Source of the DNA: the human T2T-CHM13v2.0 reference genome, Homo sapiens
DNA length: 64,000 nucleotides
Assembly: GCF_009914755.1 (NCBI RefSeq)
Contig: NC_060944.1
Strand: one strand, 5' to 3'
The notes under the pieces were generated by a model. It did no database searches and had not been told where the DNA came from. It saw only the letters and a list, made by a program, of their open reading frames with translations. Shown one piece after another: positions 12,486-25,710 of this stretch. Each line of letters starts with the position of its first letter. Position 1 is the first letter of the stretch. The position numbers were made by a program, and so were the translations under genes.

Positions 12486-14684
12486 AGTATGTCACTTTAT
12501 AATCACGTTCCTTTCATCTTCATGGTGTCCCCAAATCTATGTTTTTCTTTGATTGCACACCTTGTCTCAGTCATCCCATTACTCTGATTCCTGCTATTAC
12601 TTTGCTTTCTGTCTTGGCAAAACGAGTTCATCACAAGTCTTTCCTGAAAGGCTACCAAATCTTCCTTCCTTGGTCAACATCCTAGCAAAGAGAAATGACA
12701 TATGAAGACAGGTAGTTCCCAGCCCCAAGTCTGCTCCTGACTTCTAGAGTAAGCTTGATGGCTCCCCTGGACTCCAGTTTTCCCATCTTCATGATGAGGG
12801 TGTTTATCGAGATTATTTCAAAGAGGACTTCCAACTTCAAATTCAACAGAAGGTTGTGGCTCAGGGATCTATTATAAGCCAAGAAGCACATGATGCTTGT
12901 GCGTGATCCTTGTGATTCTGGACTCCAGGAGACACACACATGGCTGGCTAGAACCGAGTCTCTCCATCCCAGCATGTACCGGACAAGGAGATCCTAAGAA
13001 GACTGTCCCAAAATTGTCATCAGTGATTCTCTCTACTCAACCCCTGTGGAGCACACAGAGCCTGCAAATATGATAGCAGAGTTTTTAGTCTCAGCAAAAA
13101 CTCCTCTGCTAGCGAAACTGTTTCTAGGAGGAGCATGGTTGCAGGAGGCTGTCCCTGAATAACCATGTGTTTTCTGTCTGCAATGCAAATTCCAAGTAGT
13201 GAATTACCATACTAGCACCTCTGGGTAACTTCAGTATCATCATGCAGCCCCAAACTTCTCATCTTTCCCATCATTTTTGATCTCGCCTCACCATTACACT
13301 CAGAGATACTACAAGGCAGTAGGTAGTTTAGAGAATCCAGCCAAAAAGCCCTAGAGAGTCTACTGTCTCCAATCTCCACTTTGCTTATACAGTTGGGTAA
13401 AATGTAGGCCACAAGCTGGGGCTAGAACACAGAGTGGAGGAGAGCAGGGAACAGTAGCTGCTCTGGTGCTCACAATGAGATGAGAACAGTCGTGTGGACA
13501 ACTTCATGTCTTGGTTTCTAAGCATACGAGCACCATTCCCAGAAGTTGCAAAGTCCACATGCCTACTTCCCTGCCTTCTTGGAAGCCTCCACATGTGCAC
13601 TGGTTCATACAGTCAGAGGAACACACTCTGTGATGGACTGAGGACTGGGATAGAGAAAGAAGCAGATATGGAGATGGCAGGAAGTGTTTACTCTGGTAGC
13701 AGTGGCATCAGTGGCTGGGTATCTACTTCCAGGAAGACAAGTGGAAGAGGTGTCCAATTTGGCAATGTTGGTGGGCAGATGTGGTGTCACCATGCCTGGA
13801 GGCAGCAGTGGTGTGCTCTGTTGTGATTGGAGAGAAAAAGGCTGTGGGACTGGTATTGTTGAGGTATGTGTGCCCATAAAATCACTAAGCACTAGGCTGG
13901 GAGGACAAAGTATTATCTAGTGTGGAGAAGCTGAGGATGCAGCCTGCGATTAAAATATGGATAGAAAAACAGGTCAGGCCAATTAAAGGTGATCTTGTGA
14001 AATAAATTATTGCTGGCGGAGAAACTCATAAAGGGGTATCTCGCTGTCTAGCTCAATAAGAGAAAACACATTTTAGGGATGTTTTCAAGGTGATTGTAGA
14101 GTGTAGACTTCTACTTCCAGAGGTGGCAACATTTTTGCTGTTTCTGTTGCACCTGCTAATGTAAGGAGTGCCTGGAGTTTGATGGGGAGTTTGGAACCCT
14201 GTGAAAATCCAGTGTAAGAGAGATTTGTATGCTTTTGACTGCTCACAATGTGGCAGTCCTTTGTTACATTGTGGCACCTCCCTATTCACACCATATTTGA
14301 GACTTGGTGAGTGACAGAATTGGCCTCTTGTTGCAGGAATGAAACAAACCAGAGAGTCACTTTTCTTTACCCATTAGACCTAGGGCTGTGCTGATAATAT
14401 ACTCAGCAAATGATGCTTCTACCTGGAGCATTGAGAACTAAAAGACTAAAAGCAGCAACGATAAAGGGGCATTCTTTCTTAGCACAAGGTAGTTTTGTTG
14501 TTCACAGTGACACCTGATTTCAGGGTCATGGGTGACAGTGATGAGTGTCCAGGATTGCAGCAGTAGGACCCATGTCACACAATTGTTGAGGGGTGGTTCT
14601 GGCTGTGATCATGCTGCCTGGATACTCTTACTTCTTACATTGCCTCTGAGTCTGAATCTTCCGTCTTCTCAAAATTCTGTAAGC

Positions 14685-14980
14685 CGCATTTACAGATTGG
14701 GTTATCCAGAAAGCAAGAGCTGAGACACAGCTAAGAGGGCAAGTTGCCTTGTGGGGTCACACCTGTTACAGTAAAGGAAAGGAAGAAGGACTGGCAGAGG
14801 ATGCCATTGCCAACCTGACCTGACAACATCTCTGGCAACCCATCAGGGAGCTCTGGAGCAAGAATTTTCCATTAGAGGAGTCCAACATTGAGCAGAAAAG
14901 GTAGACCCTTATACCACAGCCTTATTCTTCCTTTAGCTGGGGCCCCTGGTTCTACGTGATCTGAGCTCAAACACTGAGGG
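14685..14980 (-). mobile_element. Truncated ERVL LTR (LTR16/LTR33-like); longer copy at ~51780-52200
   Basis: gggttatccagaaagcaagagctgagacacag... motif; cut at the 14980 deletion junction. Confidence 0.55.
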
Positions 14981-16894
14981 TTACTTTCTGTTCTAAATTG
15001 GATGGAAGGCTGTGTGATTAAGGGACATACTAAGAAGTGATAAACAGTGGGTTCCTGTTTTTACCTCCTAGTGCTGGCACCTGCTTACCCTGAGAAGGTT
15101 GGCTCATATGACTGGATGAAAGAGAGTCTCTCTGTCCCAGTTCCAGACAGGGCATAAGAAGTGGCTTGAGTTTTCCTTAAGGAGTCCAGTAGCTGCTCTA
15201 TTATTACTCCTCAAGGATGATTATGGAACCTCAGGGATTAGCACGGGCTCTTGGGCTCAGAAGGAAATCAGGGTCCTGGTGGATGTTGCATTGTTGGATC
15301 TAGGTGGTGGGAGCAAGAGGAGTAGGATAGAGAATATGTGTCTCCTCCTATAACTGAAAACTTCACATTTGCTGTACTCATGAAGCCACTGTGAGTGGTT
15401 TGAATGGTGTTTTAGGTAATCTAAATGTGCAAGGCAGACCCCAAATCCAGTCATTTTCCCCCTTCTTCTAACTTCCTACCCACATATTCAGATGTGCCCT
15501 CAGAAACCTCTAGGTAGTTTGGAGGCTCTGTTAGAGGGGCTCAGAAACCTCCACATGCTCAGGCCTTCACTTTTCCAGATGGTGCTACTGAGATTAGTGA
15601 GAACAAGGGATTTGTTGATGTCCGTTAGGAGTAGGACTTAGGTCTGGAAGATGGCACAGTACTGTCAGTTCCTGAATTCCAGAAAGGAATCAGAGAACAA
15701 ATGGTGCCTAGAAGGAGGATGAAGCTGGATAAGCGAATGTGGGTAAACAGACTCTCTTCTCTACCCAGTTACACAGTCTTCTAGGTGGGCAGGACCACGT
15801 CTTGATAGGCCTAAAACCAAAGGACACGTGTTCCAAAATTTTCTCTCTCCAAAATAGACCCTGATCATGCTGTGAATTCTTTTTTCCTTTCAATTAATAA
15901 TTTCCTTTGAAATTCAAATTAATTGGAAATAATGACAAGCTCCAAATATCAGGAGACATCTTCAGACATCAGTTGGAATCATAGAAATTACATTTGAAAC
16001 AATTGGATCAAGTCAGCTCTTTTCATACAATGGTACAATGAACCCATGTCTGGGAATCAGGGAGCCAGTTGTATTCTGGGCTTGACTTACTGAGTGAAAT
16101 TAGGAAAGGCATTCCTTTCTTCAGGGGTCCGTGCAATCAAGATAAAGCAAAGAGGGAAAATACATCTCTCTACAGTGATTTTATTTCTTCCTTATGCCCT
16201 TCAAGAATTGTTTTGTTAATCAAGTGTCAATATCTCTAGGGAGGCCATGCAGGGGCAGCAAAGTGAAACATGTTGGGGCCTCATACCTCTCTTTGAAGTC
16301 CTGGGTCTCCAAGCCCTTGTCTGGTTCCAGCACTCCTTGGACAAGGCTGTCTTCCCTAGTAACAGCACCTCTCATTGCTTGGGAAGTTGGGAGAACTGGT
16401 ACCCCATACGTGCCTTTGAAACTTGATTTGTGTCTGGAGGACACATCCAATGCATGGATCACATTCAGAATTATTGCAGAGGGAAGCAATGAAATGGCAG
16501 CAAGAAAATTAACATCTTTTCAACTCGCCCAAGACATGACTCACAGTTTCTTTTTTCTGAGTTGATCTCCATCAAGTGCATTAATAATTTTTCTCCAAGT
16601 TCTTTCAGTGAGCAGTTTCTAGGGGATCTTTGGCATAGTTGAAGACAATAGAAGGCAGAAGAGGAGGAATGAGTAACTTCCACAATCTCCTCCTCAAGTG
16701 GTATAAAATTACTCTATCATTAAGAAATTCCTAAGCAAACTTCACCCTCAACATAACTTGAAAACAAAGAATGCCAAAAATACAAAATACCTGTCAGTGA
16801 AAAGGGAACAAACAACAAATCCCAGTGCTGGGGACTCACACTTACCTGCCCTTTCCAGCCCCACTATAAAGCTTAAAGCTTTGCAAAATTGACC

Positions 16895-16898
<4 letters not shown>

Positions 16899-16924
<26 letters not shown>
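16899..16924. repeat. (CA)13 microsatellite
   Basis: Read directly from the sequence. Confidence 0.95.
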
Positions 16925-16925
<1 letters not shown>

Positions 16926-16934
16926 CCCACTGCT

Positions 16935-19900
16935 GAGGAAGGAGTGACATCACCAAGATGGTGAAATAGAAGGTCACCCAGTCGTGTCCCACCACAACCA
17001 TAAGAATTCTACACCATTCACAGGTTAAAGTCTCTCTGAGGGAGCCTCTGGATCCAGGGAGAAATTTGTGAAATGCCAGTGGAGCTCAAGCCCTTAGAGG
17101 ATTATTTTGAGAGTGCAGACAGACACCCAGGTGGCTGATCTGCTGAACCTGCTGCTCGCGAGTTCAATCCTGGAAGTGGCCCAGTCCTCCCAGGGTTTGG
17201 CTACTGTACCATGTTGACTTTAGCCTGCAACCAAAACCATCTGCCAAGGGGTCCAGAAGGAATTACACACACTTGGCAGAAAGGCTGCTCTGCACACTGA
17301 CATTGTCTGGATAGTGAACCTGAAAGTTGCCCTGTGGCTTTGTCCAGCCCCCATCAACTAAAGTCCCAGCTTAGAGCTGCTTACACAACTCACAGGGAGA
17401 CCCATACATATCTCACAGGCCAGCAGTCTGAGCCTCCCGGATAGGCATGCCATCCTTTGTCCCACAGCAGGTCTAGATGGGATCTGCTCTAAGCTCCAGC
17501 CCATCTTGCCATAGTTGGGGAACTATCCTGTCAGTGCTGAGATCTGCTGGAAGACATGTACTGGCCTGGACCCAAAAGATTGGCTCTTCAGCTTCCATCC
17601 CACAGCAGATCCTGAGGGGATTCCAGTTGCAGCTTTTGTCCTTCCTGCTGAAATTGGAAAACTCTCTTGTCTGTGCAGGAACTTGCTGGGAGACGTGCTT
17701 ACCTGTAAACCAATGAGACCAGGTTTTCAGCCTCTGCCCCACAGCATATTGTGAGGGGGCCCAGTCTCAGCTCCCCTTCTGACTGCAATTGAGGAACTAC
17801 CACATGTGCTAAAATCTTCTGAAAGATGTGTGCCTATCTGAGCCAATGAGATGGACACTCCATTCTCTCCCCCACAGCAGATCATGAGAGGGCCCAGTTT
17901 CAGTTCCAGCCAACCCTGCTGCAATTGGGGAACTATGCCACTTGTTCAGAGTCCTCCCTGAAAATGTGCTTCTGCCTGAGCCAACATGACAGGCATGCCA
18001 GTCTCTGTCCCATGAATGGACTTCTTGCCACAGTAGATCCCAAGTGAGCCCAGTCTCAACTCTAGCCACTCTCACTGCAGTTGGGAACCCATCTGCCTAT
18101 GTAGAGACCTGCAAAAAATTTCATCCATCTGAGACATAGCAACATTTTTGGACTATGATTTCTCACCAGCATTCCCACATGTCCCCAGTACCCTCCTTGG
18201 GTCTTCTGCATGTCCATTTAAACTAGAAATCTGCGTTAACTTCAGAGCCTTGCAAGACTTACAGCAAGCCTGGGCTCAGAGTGTCCTCTAGTGTTGAGAC
18301 AATTGCAATGGTCTCAGATACAGGAAACTCATTAAGCGGTCTGTTTGGAATCTCTGGAAGGCCCTCTGAATAAGAATAAGAGCAAACAAAGCCAGACTGT
18401 GAAGATTAAAATGAATATCTAATCTTTAAATGTGTAGACATTGTTGCACATCCACAAGCATCAAGAGCGTTCAGAGAAATATAACCTGACCGAATATGAC
18501 AAAATAAGATGCCAAAGACTGACCCTTAAGTGATGGAGATGTGTGATTTCTCAAACGAAGAATTCAAAATAGCTGTTTTAAGGAAGCTCCACAAATTTCA
18601 AAAAAAACCCCTACAGAGTATCTGATATACTTTGGCTGTGTCCCCACTGAAATCTCATCTTGAATGGTTGTTCCCATAATCCCCATGTGTAGTGGAAGTG
18701 ATCCACCGGGAGGTAATTGAATCATGGGGACAGTTACCTCCATGCTGTTCTCATGATAGTGAGTGAGTTCTCATGAGATCTGATTGTTTTATAAGGGGCT
18801 TTCCCTGCTTTTGCTCAGCACTTCTCCTTCCTGCCATCATGTGAATTAGGACATGTTTGCTTCCCCTTCCACCATGATTGTAAGTTTCCTGAGGCCTCCC
18901 CAGCCATGTGGAACTGTGAGTCATTTAAATCTCTTTCCTTTATAAGTTACCCAGTCTCAGGCAGTCTCTTATAGCAGCATGAGAATGGCCTAATACAGTA
19001 CATTGTTACCAAGTAGTCAGATGCTGCTGTAAAGATACCCCAAAATATGGAAGTGACTTTGGAATGGGGTAACAGGCAGAGATTGGAACAGTTTGGAGGG
19101 CTCAGAAGAAGACAGGAAGATGTGGGAAAGTTTGGAACTTCCTAGAGACTTGTTGAATGGCTTTGACCAAAATGCTGACAGTGATATGGACAATGAAGTC
19201 CAGGCTGAGGTGGTCTCAGATGGAGATGAAGAACTTGTTGGAAACTGGAAGAAAGGTGACTCTTGCTATGTTTTAGCAAAGAGACTGTTGACATTTTGCC
19301 CCTGACCTAGAGATCTGTGTGAACTTTGAACTTGAGAGGGATGATTTAGGGTATCTGGCAGAAGAAATTTCTAACCACAAAGCTTTCAAGATGTGACTTG
19401 GTGTTGTTAAAAGCATTCAGTTTTATGTATTAACAAAGATATGGCTTGGAATTGGAACTTATATTTAAAAGGGAAGCAGAGAATAAAAGTTCAGAAAATT
19501 TTCACCCTGACGATGTGCTAGGAAAGAAAAACCCATTTTTGGTGGAGAAATTGAAGCTACTGCAGAAATTTGTGTAAGTAATGAGAAGCCAAATGTTAAT
19601 TGCCCAGACACTGGGGAAAATGTCTCCAGGGCGTGTCAGAGGATTTCACAGCAGCCCCTCCCATCACAGGCCTGGAAGCCTAGGAGGAAAAAGTGGTTTT
19701 ATAGGCTGGGTCCAGGGCTTGCTTCTTTGTGCAGTCTTGGGACTTGGTGCCCTGCATCCTGGCCATGGCTAAAAGGGGCCAAGATACAGCTCAGGCCATG
19801 GCTTCAGAGGGTGCAAGCTCCAAGCCTGGGGAGCTTCCTTGTGGTGTTGAGCCTGTGGGTGCACAGAACTCAAGAATTGAGATTTGGGAACCTTTGCCTA

Positions 19901-21200
19901 GATTTCAGAGGATGTATGGAAATGTCTGGATGTCCAGGCAGAAGTTTGCTTCAGGAGCAGGGCCATCATGGAGAACCTCTGCTAGGGCAGTGTGGAAGGG
20001 AAATATGAGATCAGAGTCCCCACACAGAGTCCCCACTGGGTCACTGCCTAATGGAGCTGTGAGAAGAGGGCCACCATCCTGCAGACCCCAGAATGGTAGA
20101 TCCACTGACAGCTTGCAATGTGCACCTTGAGAAGCCACAGACAATGCCAGCCCATGAAAGAAGCCTGGAGGGGGGCTGTACCCTGCAAAGCCACAGGGAC
20201 AGAGCTGCCCAAGGCTGTGGAGCTCACCTTTTGCATCAGCGTGACCTGGATGTGAGACATGGAGTCAAAAGAGATTATTTTGGAATTTGAAGATTTAATT
20301 ACTGCCTCATTGGATCTTGGACTTGCATGGAGCCTGTAGCCCCTTTGTTTTGGCCAACTCATCCCATTTCCAATGGGTGTATTTACCCAATACCTGTACC
20401 CCCATTGTATCTAGGAAGTAACTAAGTTGCTTTTGATTTTACAGGCTGATAGGTGGAAGGGACTTAATTTGTCTCAGATGAAACTTCGGACTTGGACTTT
20501 TGGGTTAATGCTAGAATAAATCAAGATGTTGGGGGACTACTGGAATGGCATAATTGTGTTTTGAAATGTGAGGACATGAGATTTGGGAGGGGCCGGGGCA
20601 GAATGCTATGGTTTGGCTGTGTCCCCACCCAAATCTCATCTTGAATTGTAGTTCCCATAATCTCCATGTGTCAAGGGAGGGACCCAGTGGGAGGTAATTG
20701 GATCATGGGGGTGGTTACTTCCAGGCTGGTCTCATGATAGTGAGTGAGTTCTCATGAGATCTGATGGTTTCATAAGGGACTTTTCCCCCTTTTGTTTGGC
20801 ACTTCTCCTTCCTGCCAACAGAAGTGCCATCCTTTTTTTGGCACTTCCCCTTCCCATGGAAGGGGAAGAACGTGTTTACTTCCCCTTCCACAATGATTGT
20901 AAGTTTCCTGAGGCCTCCCCAGTCATGCAAAATGGTGAGTCAATTAAATCGCTTTCTTTATAAATTCCCCAGTCATTGGCAGTCCTTTATAGCAGTGTGA
21001 GAACAGACTAATACAGAATCAATTCAGAAACGTATGAGAAAATGTTAACAGAGAGATTGAATATAATTTTTGAAGATCAAACAGAATATTAGACCTGAAA
21101 AATGCAATGAATAAAATGAAAAAGATACAATTAAGAATGTCAAAGGCAGAATTGATCAAATAAAACAAATAAGAAAGAAAGGAAGAAAAAAGGCAAACAA
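16935..21200 (+). mobile_element. Old L1 5'UTR and ORF1 start, interrupted by THE1
   Basis: L1 5' start motif caccaagatggtgaaatagaagg; repeated 5'UTR units (cccacagcagatc); ORF1-like gaattcaaaatagctgttttaaggaagctc resuming after 21015. Confidence 0.75.
18623..21015 (+). mobile_element. Full-length THE1 (THE1C-like) MaLR element: LTR 18623-18997, internal, LTR 20604-21015
   Basis: Two tg...taataca LTRs; THE1-int ORF remnants (EGSEEDRKMWESLELPRDLLNGFDQNAD); 5-bp TSD gtatc/gaatc. Confidence 0.95.
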
Positions 21201-21219
21201 CAATAACAACAATAAAAAT

Positions 21220-24200
21220 GCAGCTTCTTTTTCTTTTTTCCTTGGAAGGGGTTTATGACACACTCTTCCAGTGGCTACCTAGTGGCCTGGCTTCTAACTA
21301 ACTTGCATTGGGGAGTTAAAGAAGCAGACAAGTGTTAACCTGAGAAGTAGATAGCCACTTTTCAAGCTTTCTTCTCCAGCTCACTGCAGTGATAATTAAG
21401 TCTATTAATTCCACCTGGAAGGAATTTGTTCACACATTTCACACATCAAGTGCCCCAACTTTTACAATTTCCACCTGAGGGAACTAATCCTCCTAGTTCT
21501 GGGAGTAGAGGAGACTGGAATGCATGTCTCTTCCAACCACAGTTAAAAAAAGTGACAGTTTTATATGGGCATGTGAGCACATCTGGGGTTACATCGCCCA
21601 GGAAGAGTAAGGAGAAGAGGTATAGAAAAACCCTGTCCCATTTTTCCCCAGAAAGTGTTTATGCCATGTATCAGTTGCCCCAAGTCAGACAGCTACCTCC
21701 TGAAGGACTCCTTAAACTTCTTAGCTCTGTGAACAGGGGGACAAGCATATTCTAGTCTTTCTAGATCATGGAACAAAAAAGTTGGTTTTAAATGGGAGTG
21801 CAACAAATTCCAGGGGCTACTCCCCCTTGAAGAAGTACAGAAAAGGAGCAAGAATGTGCAGCTCTTATTTTCTCTCCAGAAAGGGCTTACAGCACACTCT
21901 TCCTGTGGCTAAGTGATGGCCTAGCTATTAATGAACTTGCATTTGGGAGTTAATGGGGTAAACAAACAAGAGCCCTCTGACAGCCAGAGCAAGGGTTTGG
22001 CACTTCTTGAGACTTCCATCCAGCTTGCCCAATGATAAATCTAGGCTTACTCATTCTTCCTGGAAGGAGTTTGGCTATGGACCAAGTACTGCAAGTTTTA
22101 TAGCTCTCACCAAATGGACTATCTCTTTAACAACTTAGCTGTGAGAGTCAATGGGGCTTTGTATTCCTGAGCTGCCCTAAACTACAGAAAACAAAGAAGT
22201 GGTTTTACAACAATTTCGTTCCAGAAGCTATCTGTCTATAGCAGAGGGTGTTATGATCAGAGGGTGCAGCATCAGTGTGAGCACAGCATTTCCCACGATC
22301 AGAGGGTGCAGCCTGAACAGGAGCACAGCATTTGCCACAGATTATCTCCCTGGCTTACTGCAAAGAGTTTTGGACCATAATGCCCATGCTCAGCTTCAGC
22401 GAAGATAGATGAAACTGGAACACACATTCATCATCCCAATCCTTTCAGTTACATTTAGAGAGTCAGGCTTCTACCTTAGCAGTCTCTGGGTACAGATAGG
22501 AGGAGGCACATCCTAAGCTCTATGGAGACATCAAAAACAGAGCCAGCAGTCTGAAAAAACACAAATATTTGAGAAGCATCTTAAAATCTCTGACCAGGTG
22601 GATTGGTGGAATTTTTTTTTCCTACAAAATCACAGTTTGACAGGACTGGAAGTTGTAGTTGTCTTATCTAATATGCAGAAATCAACACAAAGAGTCAAGA
22701 AAGACAAAGAAACATGGGAATATATAAGAACAAAACAAAACAAATAAATAAACCAAACAAAATCAGGAAGCCAGCCCAAATGAAATGGGGATATGTTATT
22801 TACCCAAAAGAGAATTAAAAATAATGATTATAAAGATGCTCAGCGAGGTCAGAAGGGGAATGCAAGAAGAAACTCAGAATTTCAACAAAGAGATAGTATA
22901 AAAAAGTAGCAAACAGAAATCATGGATCTGAAGAATACTATAACTGAACTGAAATATTCAATAGAGAGGTTCAATAGCAGACTAAATCAAGGAGAAAGAA
23001 AAACTGGTGAATTAGAATACAGGCCACTGGAAATCATCCAATCTAAGGAGAAAAAAAAACAAAAAACAAGAAAACAAAAGCAAGAGTGAAAAAGGGTGAA
23101 GGTAGCCTAAGTGACTTCCAGGACACTACCAAGAGGGAAAAGCCTATGCATTATTGGCATGTCAGAAGTAGAGGAAGGAGAAAAGGGAACAGAAAACATA
23201 TCTGAAGAAATGATGGCAAAACTTCATAAGCCAAAGGAAAAAAAAAATCCTGATCCTAGTAGTAAGCCTAAATGACACCAACTAAGATGAATCCAAGGAG
23301 ACTCAAACCAGGAAGCATTATAATCATATTGTTAAAAGTTTAAGATAGAAATGGAACGTTTAAAGCAGCAAAAGAGATACAAATCATCATGTATAAGGGA
23401 ACCCTCATAGACTAACAGCAGATTTCTCAGCAGAAAACTTGCAGGCCAAAAAGAAGTAGAATAACTTATTCAAGGTCCTGAAAGACAAAATTGTCAACCA
23501 AGAATACAGTACCCAGAAGACCTGTCTTACAAAACATGCTGAAGAGAGTTTTCAAGCTGAACAAAAAGGATGCTGATAAGATTCATGAAATAAAATGAAA
23601 ATATAAAACTCATTGGTAAAAGTAAGCACACTGTCAAATTGTAAACACTTTAATACTGTAATGGTGGTGGGCAAATCATTTATACCTCCAGTACAAAGAT
23701 TAAAAAGAAAATATATTAAAAACAAATAGAGGTACTATAATTTGTTGAGGGATACAAAATTATAAAAAGATATATATTGTGACTTCAAAAATATAAACAT
23801 GGGAAGAGAGGGAGCAAAAACTAGAGGTTGTATGTGTTATCAAAATAAAGTTGTTATCAATTTAAAATAGGCTGTAATAAGTATGTCTTATGCAAACATC
23901 AGGGCAACCCCAAGCCACACCTTATAATAGCTGTAAAATAAATAAAAAAGAAAAGATCCAAAGAATACCACTAGAGAAAGTCATCAAACCACAAAGGAAG
24001 AAAACAAAAGAGGAAGAAAGGAACGAAGGATCTACAATTGAACCAGAAGACAATTAACAAAACGGCAATAGTAACCCTTTACCTATCAATAATTACTTTA
24101 AGTGTAAATGAATAAAATTATCCAATTAAAAGTCATAGAGTGTATGAATAGATGAAACAAAGACTCAATTCGATGCTGCCTACAAAAGACTTATTTTACC

Positions 24201-25400
24201 TTAAGGAAGACTTATAGACTGAAGGTAACATCTTTTTATTATAAAAACTTGCAAGAAATGAGGTATAGAAGAAATGTTCCTCAATGCAATAAAGGCCATA
24301 CATGACAAGCCAGAACTAAAATCAAGATGGTGAAAGGCTTTTCCACTAAGATCAGGAACAAGACAAGAATGCACTCTCCCACCACTTGTCAACATAGTAT
24401 TGGAAGTCCTAGTCAGAGAAATTAGGGACCAGAAAAAATAAAAGGCATCCAAATAGGAAAGGATGAAGTGAAATAGTCTCTGTTTGCTGATGTCATTATC
24501 TTATATATAAAAAATCCAAAAATACTACAAAAATCAGTTGGAACTGATAAATAAATCCAGTAATGTTGCAGGATACAAAATCAACTTGCAAAATTCAGTA
24601 GTGTGTCTAAACACAGTTCAATGTTTAAAACTGTCTGAAAAAGAAATTTAAAAAACAATCCCATTTATAATAGCATAAATACTTAGGAGCAAATTTAACA
24701 AAAAATAAAATATCTGTATATTGAAAACTAGAAAACATTGATTAAAAAAACTGAAGATGACACAAGTATATGGAAACATATACCATATTCATTAATCAAA
24801 ATAATTAATAGTGTTAAATTGTTCATACTTAAAGTGATCTACAGATTCACTGCTATCCCTATCAAAATTCATGTCATTCTTTACCAAAATAGAAAATACG
24901 ATCTTAAAGTGTGAATGGAACTAAAGGAGCCCCCCAATAACCAAAAGAATCCTGAACAAGAAGAACAAAGCAGGAGGCATCACACTGCCAGATTTCAAAA
25001 TATATTGCACAGCTATAGTAATCAAAACATCATAGTATTGGCATTAAAAACAGACATTTTGGCTAATGAAATAGCATGAGGAATAACCCCACATATCTAC
25101 AGTAAATTGATTTCTGACAAAGGTACCAATAAGACACAATGAAGAAATGGGAGTCTCTTCAATAAGTGGTGTTGGGAAAATGCAATATCTACATACAGAA
25201 GAGTGAAAATGGACTCTTATCTCACCCCTTACACAAGCATCAATTTTAAATGTATTACAAACCTAAATGTAAGACCTGAAACTATAAAACTATGAGAAGG
25301 GACAAATACTGCAAAAGAAAAACTCCATGACATTGATCTGAATGGAGATGTATTGAATATGATGCCAAAAACACAGACAATGAAGACAAAGATACACAAA
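21220..25400 (+). mobile_element. Old L1M element (repeated 5'UTR units, ORF1, internally deleted ORF2)
   Basis: Related units at ~21220 and ~21857; degenerate ORF1 ~22750-23550; jump from endonuclease to RT region near 24228. Confidence 0.75.
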
Positions 25401-25401
25401 G

Positions 25402-25710
25402 GGTTTGTTTTTAGAGAAAAGCTCTCACTCTGTCACTCCATTGCCTATGCTGGAGTGAAGTGGCATGCTCACAGCTCACTGCAGTCTTGACCCCTGGGCC
25501 TGAGGGATTCTCCTGCCTCAGCCTCCCTAGTAGCTGGGATAATGTCTAGCTAAGTAAAAAAAAAAAAAATTTAGTAGACAGAGGGTCTTGATATGTTGCC
25601 CAGGCTGCTCTCTAACTGTGAGACCCCATCCCCCAACCTGGCCAATGACCACTGCCTTGGCCTACCAAAGGGCTGAAATTACAGGTATGAGCTACTGCTC
25701 TAAGTCAAGA
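25402..25710 (-). mobile_element. Degraded AluJ
   Basis: gctggagtgaagtggcatgctcacagctcactgcag...gttgcccaggctg...ccaaagggctgaaattacaggtatgagc. Confidence 0.75.

Noticed and set aside
13385-13920. Cys-containing overlapping ORFs mirrored at 52817-53480
   Set aside because: Frames are not preserved across the arms; no WAP or Kunitz spacing; no convincing splice structure
16194-16565. ORFs open on both strands and conserved with 43983-44343
   Set aside because: No recognisable domain and mostly non-ATG starts; explained by high nucleotide identity without indels
22255-22338. 42-bp tandem repeat x2
   Set aside because: Ordinary short repeat within an L1 5'UTR; not an array with spacers
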